DNA from: the human T2T-CHM13v2.0 reference genome, Homo sapiens
Assembly: GCF_009914755.1 (NCBI RefSeq)
Contig: NC_060939.1
Length of the DNA stretch: 64,000 nt
Strand: one strand, 5' to 3'
Shown here piece after piece: positions 28,201 to 44,400 of this stretch. A model generated the notes under the pieces. The model worked only from the letters and a program-made list of their open reading frames with translations, ran no database searches and was not told the origin of the DNA. The translations under genes were made by a program, and so were the position numbers. The stretch's first letter is position 1; every line of letters starts with the position of its first letter.

Positions 28201-31200
28201 CCATGCTATATCTATAAATTCAATTCGAGACCATTGTTTTTGAGTCCATTCTATATGATTCCATTCCATTCAAGTCCATTACATTTGGTTAAATTCCATT
28301 CCATTCGGTTCAATTCCATTCCATTCCATTCCCTTCCATTCCATTCCAGTTGATATCAATCCATTCGATTCCATTCCATTCGAGCACATTCCATTCGAGT
28401 CCATTCCATTCGATGCCATTCCATTTGATTCTATTCCATTAGTCTCCATTCAATTCCATTAATCTCCATTCCATTCCATTCTACTCCAACTGATTCCATT
28501 CCATTCTATTCCTTTTTATTCCATTTCATTCCATTCCATTCCATTCCATTCGTGTCCATTCCAGTCCAGTCCATTCCATTCGTATCCATTCCATTCCAGT
28601 CCATTCCATTTGTGTCCACTGCATTCCATTCCACTCCATTCCATATTATTTCATTACACTCCATTCCATTCTATTACTTTCATTTCCATTCAATTCCATT
28701 CCATTTGATTCCATTCCACTCGGTTTCATTCCATTTGAGTCCACTCCATTCCATTCCATTCCATTCAGTTCCATTCCATTCCATTCCGTTCCATTACATT
28801 CCATTCCATTCGGTACCATTCCATATTGTTCCATTCGATTCCATTCGAATCCATTCCATTCCAGTCCATTCCATTCGATTCCATTCCATTCATTTCAATT
28901 CCATTCCATTCCATTCCATTACATTCCACTTGATTCCTCTCCATTCCCTTCCACTGCATTCCGTTCGATTCCATTCCATTGCATTGCATTCCATTCCATT
29001 GGATTGAATTCCATTCGATTCCATTCCATTCGAATCAATTACATAGCAATCCATTACATTCGAGTCTATTCTCTTCCGTTCCATTCGATTTCGTTCCAAT
29101 CCATTCGATTCCATTCCATTCGATTCCATTCCATACTATTGCATTCCATTCGATTACATTATATTCGAATAAGTTCCATTCAAGACCATTTCTTTTGAGT
29201 CCATTCTATTTGAGTCCATTCCCTTTGATTCCATAACATTTGAGTCCATTCAATTCCATTCCTTTCGTTTCCATTCCATTTGATGCCATTCCATTCAATT
29301 CTGTTCTACTCGACTCCAATACACTCAATTCCATTCCATCCGATTCCATTACATTCTTTTCATTTCTTATCCATTTCAAGCCATTCCACTCCATTCCATT
29401 CCACTCGTTTCCTTTCCATTCGAGTCCATTCCTCTTCCAGTCCATTCCGTTCAATCCATTCCATTCCAGTCCATTCCATTCGAGTCCGTTCCATTCCAGT
29501 CCATTCCATTCGAGTCAATTCCATTCCATTCGATGTCTTTCCATAACGATCCATTCCATTCTATTCCTTTCGATTCCATTCCATTCTATTTCATTCCATT
29601 CGATTCCCTTCCATTGGACTCCTTTCCATTCGAGTGCATTCCATTCCGTTCCATTTCTTTCCGTTCTGTACGATTCCTACCGTTCGATTTCATTTTGTTC
29701 CAGTCCATTCCTTTCGCGTCCATTCCATTCCATTTCACTCCATTCGATTCCATTCCACTCGATTCCACTTCGTTCCATTTCATTGCATTCCATTCTATTC
29801 AACTCTATTGCCTTCCATTCCATTCCATTCGATTACATTCCATGCAATTCCATTCGAAATCGAATCAATTACATTGCAAACCATTACTATTGAGTCCGTT
29901 TTATTCCAGTCCACTGCATTCTGGTCCATTCCATTTGATTCCATTCCATTCTATTCCATTCCATACAGTTGCATTCCATTGGATTCCATGCTATATCTAT
30001 AAATTCAATTCGAGACCATTGCTTTTGAGTCCATTCTATATGATTCCATTCCATTCAAGTCCATTACATTTGGTTAAATTCCATTCCATTCGGTTCAATT
30101 CCATTCCATTCCATTCCCTTCCATTCCATTCCAGTTGATATCAATCCATTCGATTCCATTCCATTCGAGCACATTCCATTCGAGTCCATTCCATTCGATG
30201 CCATTCCATTTGATTCTATTCCATTAGTCTCCATTCAATTCCATTAATCTCCATTCCATTCCATTCTACTCCAACTGATTCCATTCCATTCTATTCCTTT
30301 CCATTCCATTTCATTCCATTCCATTCCATTCCATTCCATTCCATTCCATTCGTGTCCATTCCACTCCAGTCCATTCCATTCGTATCCATTCCATTCCAGT
30401 CCATTCCATTTGTGTCCACTGCATTCCATTCCACTCCATTCCATATTATTCCATTACACTCCATTCCATTCTATTACTTTCATTTCCATTCAATTCCATT
30501 CCATTTGATTCCATTCCACTCGGTTTCATTCCATTTGAGTCCACTCCATTCCATTCCATTCCATTCAGTTCCATTCGATTCTGTTCCATTCCATTCCGTT
30601 CCGTTACATTCCATTCCATTCGGTACCATTCCATATTGTTCCATTCGATTCCATTCGAATCCATTCCATTCCAGTCCATTCCATTCGATTCCATTCCATT
30701 CATTTCAATTCCATTCCATTCCATTCCATTACATTCCACTTGATTCCTCTCCATTCCCCTCCACTGCATTCCGTTCGATTCCATTCCATTGCATTGCATT
30801 CCATTCCATTGGATTGCATTCCATTCGATTCCATTCCATTCGAATCAATTACATAGCAATCCATTACATTCGAGTCTATTCTCTTCCGTTCCATTCGATT
30901 TCGTTCCAATCCATTCGATTCCATTCCATTCGATTCCATTCCATACTATTGCATTCCATTCGATTACATTATATTCGAATAAGTTCCATTCAAGACCATT
31001 TCTTTTGAGTCCATTCTATTTGAGTCCATTCCCTTTGATTCCATAACATTTGAGTCCATTCAATTCCATTCCTTTCGTTTCCATTCCATTTGATGCCATT
31101 CCATTCAATTCTGTTCTACTCGACTCCAATACATTCAATTCCATTCCATCCGATTCCATTACATTCTTTTCATTTCTTATCCATTTCAAGCCATTCCACT

Positions 31201-32415
31201 CCATTCCATTCCACTCGTTTCCTTTCCATTCGAGTCCATTCCTCTCCAGTCCATTCCGTTCAATCCATTCCATTCCAGTCCATTTCATTCGAGTCCGTTC
31301 CATTCCAGTCCATTCCATTCGAGTCAATTCCATCCCATTCGATGTCTTTCCATAACGATCCATTCCATTCTATTCCTTTCGATTCCATTCCATTCTATTT
31401 CATTCCATTCGATTTCCTTCCATTGGACTCCTTTCCATTCGAGTGCATTCCATTCCGTTCCATTTCTTTCCGTTCTGTACGATTCCTACCGTTCGATTTC
31501 ATTTTGTTCCAGTCCATTCCTTTCGCGTCCATTCCATTCCGTTTCACTCCATTCGATTCCATTCCACTCGATTCCACTTCGTTCCATTTCATTGCATTCC
31601 ATTCTATTCAACTCTATTGCCTTCCATTCCATTCCATTCGATTACATTCCATGCGATTCCATTCGAAATCGAATCAATTACATTGCAATCCATTACTATT
31701 GAGTCCATTTTATTCCAGTCCACTGCATTCTGGTCCATTCCATTTGATTCCATTCCATTCTATTCCATTCCATACAGTTGCATTCCATTGGATTCCATGC
31801 TATATCTATAAATTCAATTCGAGACCATTGCTTTTGAGTCCATTCTATATGATTCCATTCCATTCAAGTCCATTACATTTGGTTCAATTCCATTCCTTTC
31901 CACTCCCTTCCATTCCATTCCATTTGATATCAATCCATTCGATTCCATTCCATTCGAGCACATTCCATTCGAGTCCATTCCATTCGATGCCATTCCATTT
32001 GATTCTATACCATTAGTCTCCATTCAATTCCATTAATCTCCATTCCATTCCATTCTACTCCAACTGATTCCATTCCATTCTATTCCTTTCCATTCCATTT
32101 CATTCCATTCCATTCCATTTCATTCCATTCCATTCCATTCGTGTCCATTCCACTCCAGTCCATTCCATTCGTTTCCATTCCATTCCAGTCCATTCCATTT
32201 GTGTCCACTGCATTCCATTCCACTCCATTCCATATTATTCCATTACACTCCATTCCATTCTATTACTTTCATTTCCCTTCAATTCCATTCCATTTGATTC
32301 CATTCCACTCGGTTTCATTCCATTTGAGTCCACTCCATTCCATTCCATTCCATTCCATTCAGTTCCATTCCATTCTGTTCCATTCCATTCCGTTCCATTA
32401 CATTCCATTCCATTC
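16228..32415 (+). repeat. ~16.2-kb 9-unit block, copy 1 of an imperfect tandem duplication
   Basis: The ordered series of rare variants at 17611, 17881, 18400, 18781, 23341, 23975, 25451, 28182, 29321, 29433 and 30576 recurs 14.4-16.2 kb downstream. Boundaries are approximate. Confidence 0.78.
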
Positions 32416-35400
32416 GGTACCATTCCATATTGTTCCATTCGATTCCATTCGAATCCATTCCATTCCAGTCCATTCCATTCAATTCCATTCCATTCATTTC
32501 AATTCCATTCCATTCCATTCCTTTACATTCCACTTGATTCCTCTCCATTCCCTTCCACTGCATTCCGTTCGATTCCATTCCATTGCATTGCATTCCATTC
32601 CATTGGATTGCATTCCATTCGATTCCATTCCATTCGAATCAATTACATAGCAATCCATTACATTCGAGTCTATTCTCTTCCGTTCCATTCGATTTCGTTC
32701 CAATCCATTCGATTCCATTCCATTCGATTCCATTCCATACTATTGCATTCCATTCGATTACATTATATTCGAATAAGTTCCATTCAAGACCATTTCTTTT
32801 GAGTCCATTCTATTTGAGTCCATTCCCTTTGATTCCATAACATTTGAGTCCATTCAATTCCATTCCTTTCGTTTCCATTCCATTTGATGCCATTCCATTC
32901 AATTCTGTTCTACTCGACTCCAATACATTCAATTCCATTCCATCCGATTCCATTACATTCTTTTCATTTCTTATCCATTTCAAGCCATTCCACTCCATTC
33001 CATTCCACTCGTTTCCTTTCCATTCGAGTCCATTCCTCTCCAGTCCATTCCGTTCAATCCATTCCATTCCAGTCCATTCCATTCGAGTCCGTTCCATTCC
33101 AGTCCATTCCATTCGAGTCAATTCCATCCCATTCGATGTCTTTCCATAACGATCCATTCCATTCTATTCCTTTCGATTCCATTCCATTCTATTTCATTCC
33201 ATTCGATTTCCTTCCATTGGACTCCTTTCCATTCGAGTGCATTCCATTCCGTTCCATTTCTTTCCGTTCTGTACGATTCCTACCGTTCGATTTCATTTTG
33301 TTCCAGTCCATTCCTTTCGCGTCCATTCCATTCCGTTTCACTCCATTTGATTCCATTCCACTCGATTCCACTTCGTTCCATTTCATTGCATTCCATTCTA
33401 TTCAACTCTATTGCCTTCCATTCCATTCCATTCGATTACATTCCATGCGATTCCATTCGAAATCGAATCAATTACATTGCAATCCATTACTATTGAGTCC
33501 ATTTTATTCCAGTCCACTGCATTCTGGTCCATTCCATTTGATTCCATTCCATTCTATTCCATTCCATACAGTTGCATTCCATTGGATTCCATGCTATATC
33601 TATAAATTCAATTCGAGACCATTGCTTTTGAGTCCATTCTATATGATTCCATTCCATTCAAGTCCATTACATTTGGTTCAATTCCATTCCATTCCACTCC
33701 CTTCCATTCCATTCCATTTGATATCAATCCATTCGATTCCATTCCATTCGAGCACATTCCATTCGAGTCCATTCCATTCGATGCCATTCCATTTGATTCT
33801 ATACCATTAGTCTCCATTCAATTCCATTAATCTCCATTCCATTCCATTCTACTCCAACTGATTCCATTCCATTCTATTCCTTTCCATTCCATTTCATTCC
33901 ATTCCATTCCATTCCATTCCATTCCATTTCATTCCATTCCATTCCATTCGTGTCCATTCCACTCCAGTCCATTCCATTCGTTTCCATTCCATTCCAGTCC
34001 ATTCCATTTGTGTCCACTGCATTCCATTCCACTCCATTCCATATTATTCCATTACACTCCATTCCATTCTATTACTTTCATTTCCCTTCAATTCCATTCC
34101 ATTTGATTCCATTCCACTCGGTTTCATTCCATTTGAGTCCACTCCATTCCATTCCATTCCATTCCATTCAGTTCCATTCCATTCTGTTCCATTCCATTCC
34201 GTTCCATTACATTCCATTCCATTCGGTACCATTCCATATTGTTCCATTCGATTCCATTCGAATCCATTCCATTCCAGTCCATTCCATTCAATTCCATTCC
34301 ATTCATTTCAATTCCATTCCATTCCATTCCTTTACATTCCACTTGATTCCTCTCCATTCCCTTCCACTGCATTCCGTTCGATTCCATTCCATTGCATTGC
34401 ATTCCATTCCATTGGATTGCATTCCATTCGATTCCATTCCATTCGAATCAATTACATAGCAATCCATTACATTCGAGTCTATTCTATTCCGTTCCATTCG
34501 ATTTCGTTCCAATCCATTCGATTCCATTCCATTCGATTACATTCCATACTATTACATTCCATTCGATTACATTATATTCGAATAAGTTCCATTCAAGACC
34601 ATTGCTTTTGAGTCCATTCTATTTGAGTCCATTCCCTTTGATTCCATAACATTTGAGTCCATTCAATTCCATTCCTTTCGTTTCCATTCCATTTGATGCC
34701 ATTCCATTCAATTCTGTTCTACTCGACTCCAATACATTCAATTCCATTCCATCCGATTCCATTACATTCTTTTCATTTCTTATCCATTTCAAGCCATTCC
34801 ACTCCATTCCATTCCACTCGTTTCCTTTCCATTCGAGTCCATTCCTCTCCAGTCCATTCCGTTCAATCCATTCCATTCCAGTCCATTCCATTCGAGTCCG
34901 TTCCATTCCAGTCCATTCCATTCGAGTCAATTCCATCCCATTCGATGTCTTTCCATAACGATCCATTCCATTCTATTCCTTTCTATTCCATTCCATTCTA
35001 TTTCATTCCATTCGATTCCCTTCCATTGGACTCCTTTCCATTCGAATGCATTCCATTCCGTTCCATTTCTTTCCGTTCTGTACGATTCCTACCGTTCGAT
35101 TTCATTTTGTTCCAGTCCATTCCTTTCGCGTCCATTCCATTCCATTTCACTCCATTCGATTCCATTCCCCTCGATTCCACTTCGTTCCATTTCATTGCAT
35201 TCCATTCTATTCAACTCTATTGCCTTCCATTCCATTCCATTCGATTACATTCCATGCGATTCCATTCGAAATCGAATCAATTACATTGCAATCCATTACT
35301 ATTGAGTCCATTTTATTCCAGTCCACTGCATTCTGGTCCATTCCATTTGATTCCATTCCATTCTATTCCATTCCATACAGTTGCATTCCATTGGATTCCA

Positions 35401-38400
35401 TTCTATATCTATAAATTCAATTCGAGACCATTGCTTTTGAGTCCATTCTATATGATTCCATTCCATTCAAGTCCATTACATTTGGTTAAATTCCATTCCA
35501 TTCCATTCCCTTCCATTCCATTCCAGTTGATATCAATCCATTCGATTCCATTCCATTCGAGCACATTCCATTCGAGTCCATTCCATTCGATGCCATTCCA
35601 TTTGATTCTATTCCATTAGTCTCCATTCAATTCCATTAATCTCCATTCCATTCCATTCTACTCCAACTGATTCCATTCCATTCTATTCCTTTCCATTCCA
35701 TTTCATTCCATTCCATTCCATTTCATTCCATTCCATTCCATTCGTGTCCATTCCACTCCAGTCCATTCCATTCGTGTCCATTCCATTCCAGTCCATTCCA
35801 TTTGTGTCCACTGCATTCCATTCCACTCCATTCCATATTATTCCATTACACTCCATTCCATTCTATTACTTTCATTTCCATTCAATTCCATTCCATTTGA
35901 TTCCATTCCACTCGGTTTCATTCCATTTGAGTCCACTCCATTCCATTCCATTCCATTCAGTTCCATTCCATTCTGTTCCATTCCATTCCGTTCCATTACA
36001 TTCCATTCCATTCGGTACCATTCCATATTGTTCCATTCGATTCCATTCGAATCCATTCCATTCCAGTCCATTCCATTCGATTCCATTCCATTCATTTCAA
36101 TTCCATTCCATTCCATTCCATTACATTCCACTTGATTCCTCTCCATTCCCTTCCAGTGCATTCCGTTCGATTCCATTCCATTGCATTGCATTCCATTCCA
36201 TTGGATTGCATTCCATTCGATTCCATTCCATTCGAATCAATTACATAGCAATCCATTACATTCGAGTCTATTCTCTTCCGTTCCATTCGATTTCGTTCCA
36301 ATCCATTCGATTCCATTCCATTCGATTCCATTCCATACTATTGCATTCCATTCGATTACATTATATTCGAATAAGTTCCATTCAAGACCATTTCTTTTGA
36401 GTCCATTCTATTTGAGTCCATTCCCTTTGATTCCATAACATTTGAGTCCATTCAATTCCATTCCTTTCGTTTCCATTCCATTTGATGCCATTCCATTCAA
36501 TTCTGTTCTACTCGACTCCAATACATTCAATTCCATTCCATCCGATTCCATTACATTCTTTTCATTTCTTATCCATTTCAAGCCATTCCACTCCATTCCA
36601 TTCCACTCGTTTCCTTTCCATTCGAGTCCATTCCTCTCCAGTCCATTCCGTTCAATCCATTCCATTCCAGTCCATTCCATTCGAGTCCGTTCCATTCCAG
36701 TCCATTCCATTCGAGTCAATTCCATTCCATTCGATGTCTTTCCATAACGATCCATTCCATTCTATTCCTTTCGATTCCATTCCATTCTATTTCATTCCAT
36801 TCGATTCCCTTCCATTGGACTCCTTTCCATTCGAGTGCATTCCATTCCGTTCCATTTCTTTCCGTTCTGTACGATTCCTACCGTTCGATTTCATTTTGTT
36901 CCAGTCCATTCTTTCGCGTCCATTCCATTCCATTTCACTCCATTCGATTCCATTCCACTCGATTCCACTTCGTTCCATTTCATTGCATTCCATTCTATTC
37001 AACTCTATTGCCTTCCATTCCATTCCATTCCATTACATTCCATGCGATTCCATTCGAAATCGAATCAATTACATTGCAATCCATTACTATTGAGTCCGTT
37101 TTATTCCAGTCCACTGCATTCTGGTCCATTCCATTTGATTCCATTCCATTCTATTCCATTCCATACAGTTGCATTCCATTGGATTCCATGCTATATCTAT
37201 AAATTCAATTCGAGACCATTGCTTTTGAGTCCATTCTATATGATTCCATTCCATTCAAGTCCATTACATTTGGTTAAATTCCATTCCATTCGGTTCAATT
37301 CCATTCCATTCCATTCCCTTCCATTCCATTCCAGTTGATATCAATCCATTCGATTCCATTCCATTCGAGCACATTCCATTCGAGTCCATTCCATTCGATG
37401 CCATTCCATTTGATTCTATTCCATTAGTCTCCATTCAATTCCATTAATCTCCATTCCATTCCATTCTACTCCAACTGATTCCATTCCATTCTATTCCTTT
37501 CCATTCCATTTCATTCCATTCAACTCCATTCCATTCCATTCCATTCCATTCCATTCCATTCCATTCGTGTCCATTCCACTCCAGTCCATTCCATTCGTAT
37601 CCATTCCATTCCAGTCCATTCCATTTGTGTCCACTGCATTCCATTCCACTCCATTCCATATTATTCCATTACACTCCATTCCATTCTATTACTTTCATTT
37701 CCATTCAATTCCATTCCATTTGATTCCATTCAACTCGGTTTCATTCCATTTGAGTCCACTCCATTCCATTCAATTCCATTCAGTTCCATTCCATTCTGTT
37801 CCATTCCATTCCGTTCCATTACATTCCATTCCATTCGGTACCATTCCATATTGTCCCATTCGATTCCATTCGAATCCATTCTATTCCAGTCCATTCCATT
37901 CGATTCCATTCCATTCATTTCAATTCCATTCCATTCCATTCCATTACATTCCACTTGATTCCTCTCCATTCCCTTCCAGTGCATTCCGTTCGATTCCATT
38001 CCATTGCATTGCATTCCATTCCATTGGATTGCATTCCATTCGATTCCATTCCATTCGAATCAATTACATAGCAATCCATTACATTCGAGTCTATTCTCTT
38101 CCGTTCCATTCGATTTCGTTCCAATCCATTCGATTCCATTCCATTCGATTCCATTCCATACTATTGCATTCCATTCGATTACATTATATTCGAATAAGTT
38201 CCATTCAAGACCATTTCTTTTGAGTCCATTCTATTTGAGTCCATTCCCTTTGATTCCATAACATTTGAGTCCATTCAATTCCATTCCTTTCGTTTCCATT
38301 CCATTTGATGCCATTCCATTCAATTCTGTTCTACTCGACTCCAATACATTCAATTCCATTCCATCCAATTCCATTACATTCTTTTCATTTCTTATCCATT

Positions 38401-41400
38401 TCAAGCCATTCCACTCCATTCCATTCCACTCGTTTCCTTTCCATTCGAGTCCATTCCTCTCCAGTCCATTCCGTTCAATCCATTCCATTCCAGTCCATTC
38501 CATTCGAGTCCGTTCCATTCCAGTCCATTCCATTCGAGTCAATTCCATTCCATTCGATGTCTTTCCATAACGATCCATTCCATTCTATTCCTTTCGATTC
38601 CATTCCATTCTATTTCATTCCATTCGATTCCCTTCCATTGGACTCCTTTCCATTCGAGTGCATTCCATTCCGTTCCATTTCTTTCCGTTCTGTACGATTC
38701 CTACCGTTCGATTTCATTTTGTTCCAGTCCATTCCTTTCGCGTCCATTCCATTCCATTTCACTCCATTCGATTCCATTCCACTCGATTCCACTTCGTTCC
38801 ATTTCATTGCATTCCATTCTATTCAACTCTATTGCCTTCCATTCCATTCCATTCGATTACATTCCATGCGATTCCATTCGAAATCGAATCAATTACATTG
38901 CAAACCATTACTATTGAGTCCGTTTTATTCCAGTCCACTGCATTCTGGTCCATTCCATTTGATTCCATTCCATTCTATTCCATTCCATACAGTTGCATTC
39001 CATTGGATTCCATGCTATATCTATAAATTCAATTCGAGACCATTGCTTTTGAGTCCATTCTATATGATTCCATTCCATTCAAGTCCATTACATTTGGTTC
39101 AATTCCATTCCATTCCATTCCCTTTCATTCCATTCCATTTGATATCAATCCATTCGATTCCATTCCATTCGAGCACATTCCATTCGAGTCCATTCCATTC
39201 GATGCCATTCCATTTGATTCTATTCCATTAGTCTCCATTCAATTCCATTAATCTCCATTCCATTCCATTCTACTCCAACTGATTCCATTCCATTCTATTC
39301 CTTTCCATTCCATTTCATTCCATTCCATTCCATTCCATTCCATTCCATTCCATTCGTGTCCATTCCACTCCAGTCCATTCCATTCGTGTCCATTCCATTC
39401 CAGTCCATTCCATTTGTGTCCACTGCATTCCATTCCACTCCATTCCATATTATTCCATTACACTCCATTCCATTCTATTACTTTCTTTTCCATTCAATTT
39501 CATTCCATTTGATTCCATTCCACTCGGTTTCATTCCATTTGAGTCCACTCCATTCCATTCCATTCCATTCCATTCAGTTCCATTCCATTCCGTTCCATTA
39601 CATTCCATTCCATTCGGTACCATTCCATATTGTTCCATTCGATTCCATTCGAATCCATTCCATTCCAGTCCATTCCATTCGATTCCATTCCATTCATTTC
39701 AATTCCATTCCATTCCATTCCACTCCATTCCACTTGATTCCTCTCCATTCCCTTCCACTGCATTCCGTTCGATTCCATTCCATTGCATTGCATTCCATTC
39801 CATTGGATTGCATTCCATTCGATTCCATTCCATTCGAATCAATTACATAGCAATCCATTACATTCGAGTCTATTCTATTCCGTTCCATTCGATTTCGTTC
39901 CAATCCATTCGATTCCATTCCATTCGATTCCATTCCATACTATTGCATTCCATTCGATTACATTATATTCGAATAAGTTCCATTCAAGACCATTTCTTTT
40001 GAGTCCATTCTATTTGAGTCCATTCCCTTTGATTCCATAACATTTGAGTCCATTCAATTCCATTCCTTTCGTTTCCATTCCATTTGATGCCATTCCATTC
40101 AATTCTGTTCTACTCGACTCCAATACATTCAATTCCATTCCATCCGATTCCATTACATTCTTTTCATTTCTTATCCATTTCAAGCCATTCCACTCCATTC
40201 CATTCCACTCGTTTCCTTTCCATTCGAGTCCATTCCTCTCCAGTCCATTCCGTTCAATCCATTCCATTCCAGTCCATTCCATTCGAGTCCGATCCATTCC
40301 AGTCCATTCCATTCGAGTCATTTCCATCCCATTCGATGTCTTTCCATAACGATCCATTCCATTCTATTCCTTTCGATTCCATTCCTTTCTATTTCATTCC
40401 ATTCGATTCCCTTCCATTGGACTCCTTTCCATTCGAGTGCATTCCATTCCGTTCCATTTCTTTCCGTTCTGTACGATTCCTACCGTTCGATTTCATTTTG
40501 TTCCAGTCCATTCCTTTCGCGTCCATTCCATTCCATTTCACTCCATTCGATTCCATTCCCCTCGATTCCACTTCGTTCCATTTCATTGCATTCCATTCTA
40601 TTCAACTCTATTGCGTTCCATTCCATTCCATTCGATTACATTCCATGCGATTCCATTCGAAATCGAATCAATTACATTGCAATCCATTACTATTGAGTCC
40701 ATTTTATTCCAGTCCACTGCATTCTGGTCCATTCCATTTGATTCCATTCCATTCTATTCCATTCCATACAGTTGCATTCCATTGGATTCCATTGTATATC
40801 TATAAATTCAATTCGAGACCATTGCTTTTGAGTCCATTCTATATGATTCCATTCCATTCAAGTCCATTACATTTGGTTCAATTCCATTCCATTCCATTCC
40901 CTTCCATTCCATTCCAGTTGATATCAATCCATTCGATTCCATTCCATTCGAGCACATTCCATTCGAGTCCATTCCATTCGATGCCATTCCATTTGATTCT
41001 ATTCCATTAGTCTCCATTCAATTCCATTAATCTCCATTCCATTCCATTCTACTCCAACTGATTCCATTCCATTCTATTCCTTTCCATTCCATTTCATTCC
41101 ATTCCATTCCATTCCATTCGTGTCCATTCCACTCCAGTCCATTCCATTCGTATCCATTCCATTCCAGTCCATTCCATTTGTGTCCACTGCATTCCATTCC
41201 ACTCCATTCCATATTATTCCATTACACTCCATTCCATTCTATTACTTTCATTTCCATTCAATTCCATTCCATTTGATTCCATTCCACTCGGTTTCATTCC
41301 ATTTGAGTCCACTCCATTCCATTCCATTCCATTCAGTTCCATTCCATTCTGTTCCATTCCATTCCGTTCCATTACATTCCATTCCATTCGGTACCATTCC

Positions 41401-44400
41401 ATATTGTTCCATTCGATTCCATTCGAATCCATTCCATTCCAGTCCATTCCATTCGATTCCATTCCATTCATTTCAATTCCATTCCATTCCATTCCATTCC
41501 ATTCCACTTGATTCCTCTCCATTCCCTTCCACTGCATTCCGTTCGATTCCATTCCATTGCATTGCATTCCATTCCATTGGATTGCATTCCATTCGATTCC
41601 ATTCCATTCGAATCAATTACGTAGCAATCCATTACATTCGAGTGTATTCTCTTCCGTTCCATTCGATTTCGTTCCAATCCATTCGATTCCATTCCATTCG
41701 ATTCCATTCCATACTATTGCATTCCATTCGATTACATTATATTCGAATAAGTTCCATTCAAGACCATTTCTTTTGAGTCCATTCTATTTGAGTCCATTCC
41801 CTTTGATTCCATAACATTTGAGTCCATTCAATTCCATTCCTTTCGTTTCCATTCCATTTGATGCCATTCCATTCAATTCTGTTCTACTCGACTCCAATAC
41901 ATTCAATTCCATTCCATCCGATTCCATTACATTCTTTTCATTTCTTATCCATTTCAAGCCATTCCACTCCATTCCATTCCACTCGTTTCCTTTCCATTCG
42001 AGTCCATTCCTCTCCAGTCCATTCCGTTCAATCCATTCCATTCCAGTCCATTCCATTCGAGTCCATTCCATTCCAGTCCATTCCATTCGAGTCAATTCCA
42101 TCCCATTCGATGTCTTTCCATAACGATCCATTCCATTCTATTCCTTTCGATTCCATTCCATTCTATTTCATTCCATTCGATTCCCTTCCATTGGACTCCT
42201 TTCCATTCGAGTGCATTCCATTCCGTTCCATTTCTTTCCGTTCTGTACGATTCCTACCGTTCGATTTCATTTTCTTCCAGTCCATTCTTTCGCGTCCATT
42301 CCATTCCATTTCACTCCATTCGATTCCATTCCACTCGATTCCACTTCGTTCCATTTCATTGCATTCCATTCTATTCAACTCTATTGCCTTCCATTCCATT
42401 CCATTCGATTACATTCCATGCGATTCCATTCGAAATCGAATCAATTACATTGCAATCCATTACTATTGAGTCCGTTTTATTCCAGTCCACTGCATTCTGG
42501 TCCATTCCATTTGATTCCATTCCATTCTATTCCATTCCATACAGTTGCATTCCATTGGATTCCATGCTATATCTATAAATTCAATTCGAGACCATTGCTT
42601 TTGAGTCCATTCTATATGATTCCATTCCATTCAAGTCCATTACATTTGGTTAAATTCCATTCCATTCGGTTCAATTCCATTCCATTCCATTCCCTTCCAT
42701 TCCATTCCAGTTGATATCAATCCATTCGATTCCATTCCATTCGAGCACATTCCATTCGAGTCCATTCCATTCGATGCCATTCCATTTGATTCTATTCCAA
42801 TAGTCTCCATTCAATTCCATTAATCTCCATTCCATTCCATTCTACTCCAACTGATTCCATTCCATTCTATTCCTTTCCATTCCATTTCATTCCATTCCAT
42901 TCCATTCCATTTCGTTCCATTCCATTCGTGTCCATTCCACTCCAGTCCATTCCATTCGTATCCATTCCATTCCAGTCCATTCCATTTGTGTCCACTGCAT
43001 TCCATTCCACTCCATTCCATATTATTCCATTACACTCCATTCCATTCTATTACTTTCATTTCCATTCAATTCCATTCCATTTGATTCCATTCCACTCGGT
43101 TTCATTCCATTTGAGTCCACTCCATTCCATTCCATTCCATTCAGTTCCATTCCATTCTGTTCCATTCCATTCCGTTCCATTACATTCCATTCCATTCGGT
43201 ACCATTCCATATTGTTCCATTCGATTCCATTCGAATCCATTCCATTCCAGTCCATTGCATTCGATTCCATTCCATTCATTTCAATTCCATTCCATTCCAT
43301 TCCATTACATTCCACTTGATTCCTCTCCATTCCCTTCCACTGCATTCCGTTCGATTCCATTCCATTGCATTGCATTCCATTCCATTGGATTGCATTCCAT
43401 TCGATTCCATTCCATTCGAATCAATTACATAGCAATCCATTACATTCGAGTCTATTCTCTTCCGTTCCATTCGATTTCGTTCCAATCCATTCGATTCCAT
43501 TCCATTCGATTCCATTCCATACTATTGCATTCCATTCGATTACATTATATTCGAATAAGTTCCATTCAAGACCATTTCTTTTGAGTCCATTTTATTTGAG
43601 TCCATTCCCTTTGATTCCATAACATTTGAGTCCATTCAATTCCATTCCTTTCGTTTCCATTCCATTTGATGCCATTCCATTCAATTCTGTTCTACTCGAC
43701 TCCAATACATTCAATTCCATTCCATCCGATTCCATTACATTCTTTTCATTTCTTATCCATTTCAAGCCATTCCACTCCATTCCATTCCACTCGTTTCCTT
43801 TCCATTCGAGTCCATTCCTCTCCAGTCCATTCCATTCAATCCATTCCATTCCAGTCCATTCCATTCGAGTCCGTTCCATTCCAGTCCATTCCATTCGAGT
43901 CAATTCCATCCCATTCGATGTCTTTCCATAACGATCCATTCCATTCTATTCCTTTCGATTCCATTCCATTCTATTTCATTTCATTCGATTCCCTTCCATT
44001 GGACTCCTTTCCATTCGAGTGCATTCCATTCCGTTCCATTTCTTTCCGTTCTGTACGATTCCTACCGTTCGATTTCATTTTGTTCCAGTCCATTCTTTCG
44101 CGTCCATTCCATTCCATTTCACTCCATTCGATTCCATTCCACTCGATTCCACTTCGTTCCATTTCATTGCATTCCATTCTATTCAACTCTATTGCCTTCC
44201 ATTCCATTCCATTCGATTACATTCCATGCGATTCCATTCGAAATCGAATCAATTACATTGCAATCCATTACTATTGAGTCCGTTTTATTCCAGTCCACTG
44301 CATTCTGGTCCATTCCATTTGATTCCATTCCATTCTATTCCATTCCATACAGATGCATTCCATTGGATTCCATGCTATATCTATAAATTCAATTCGAGAC

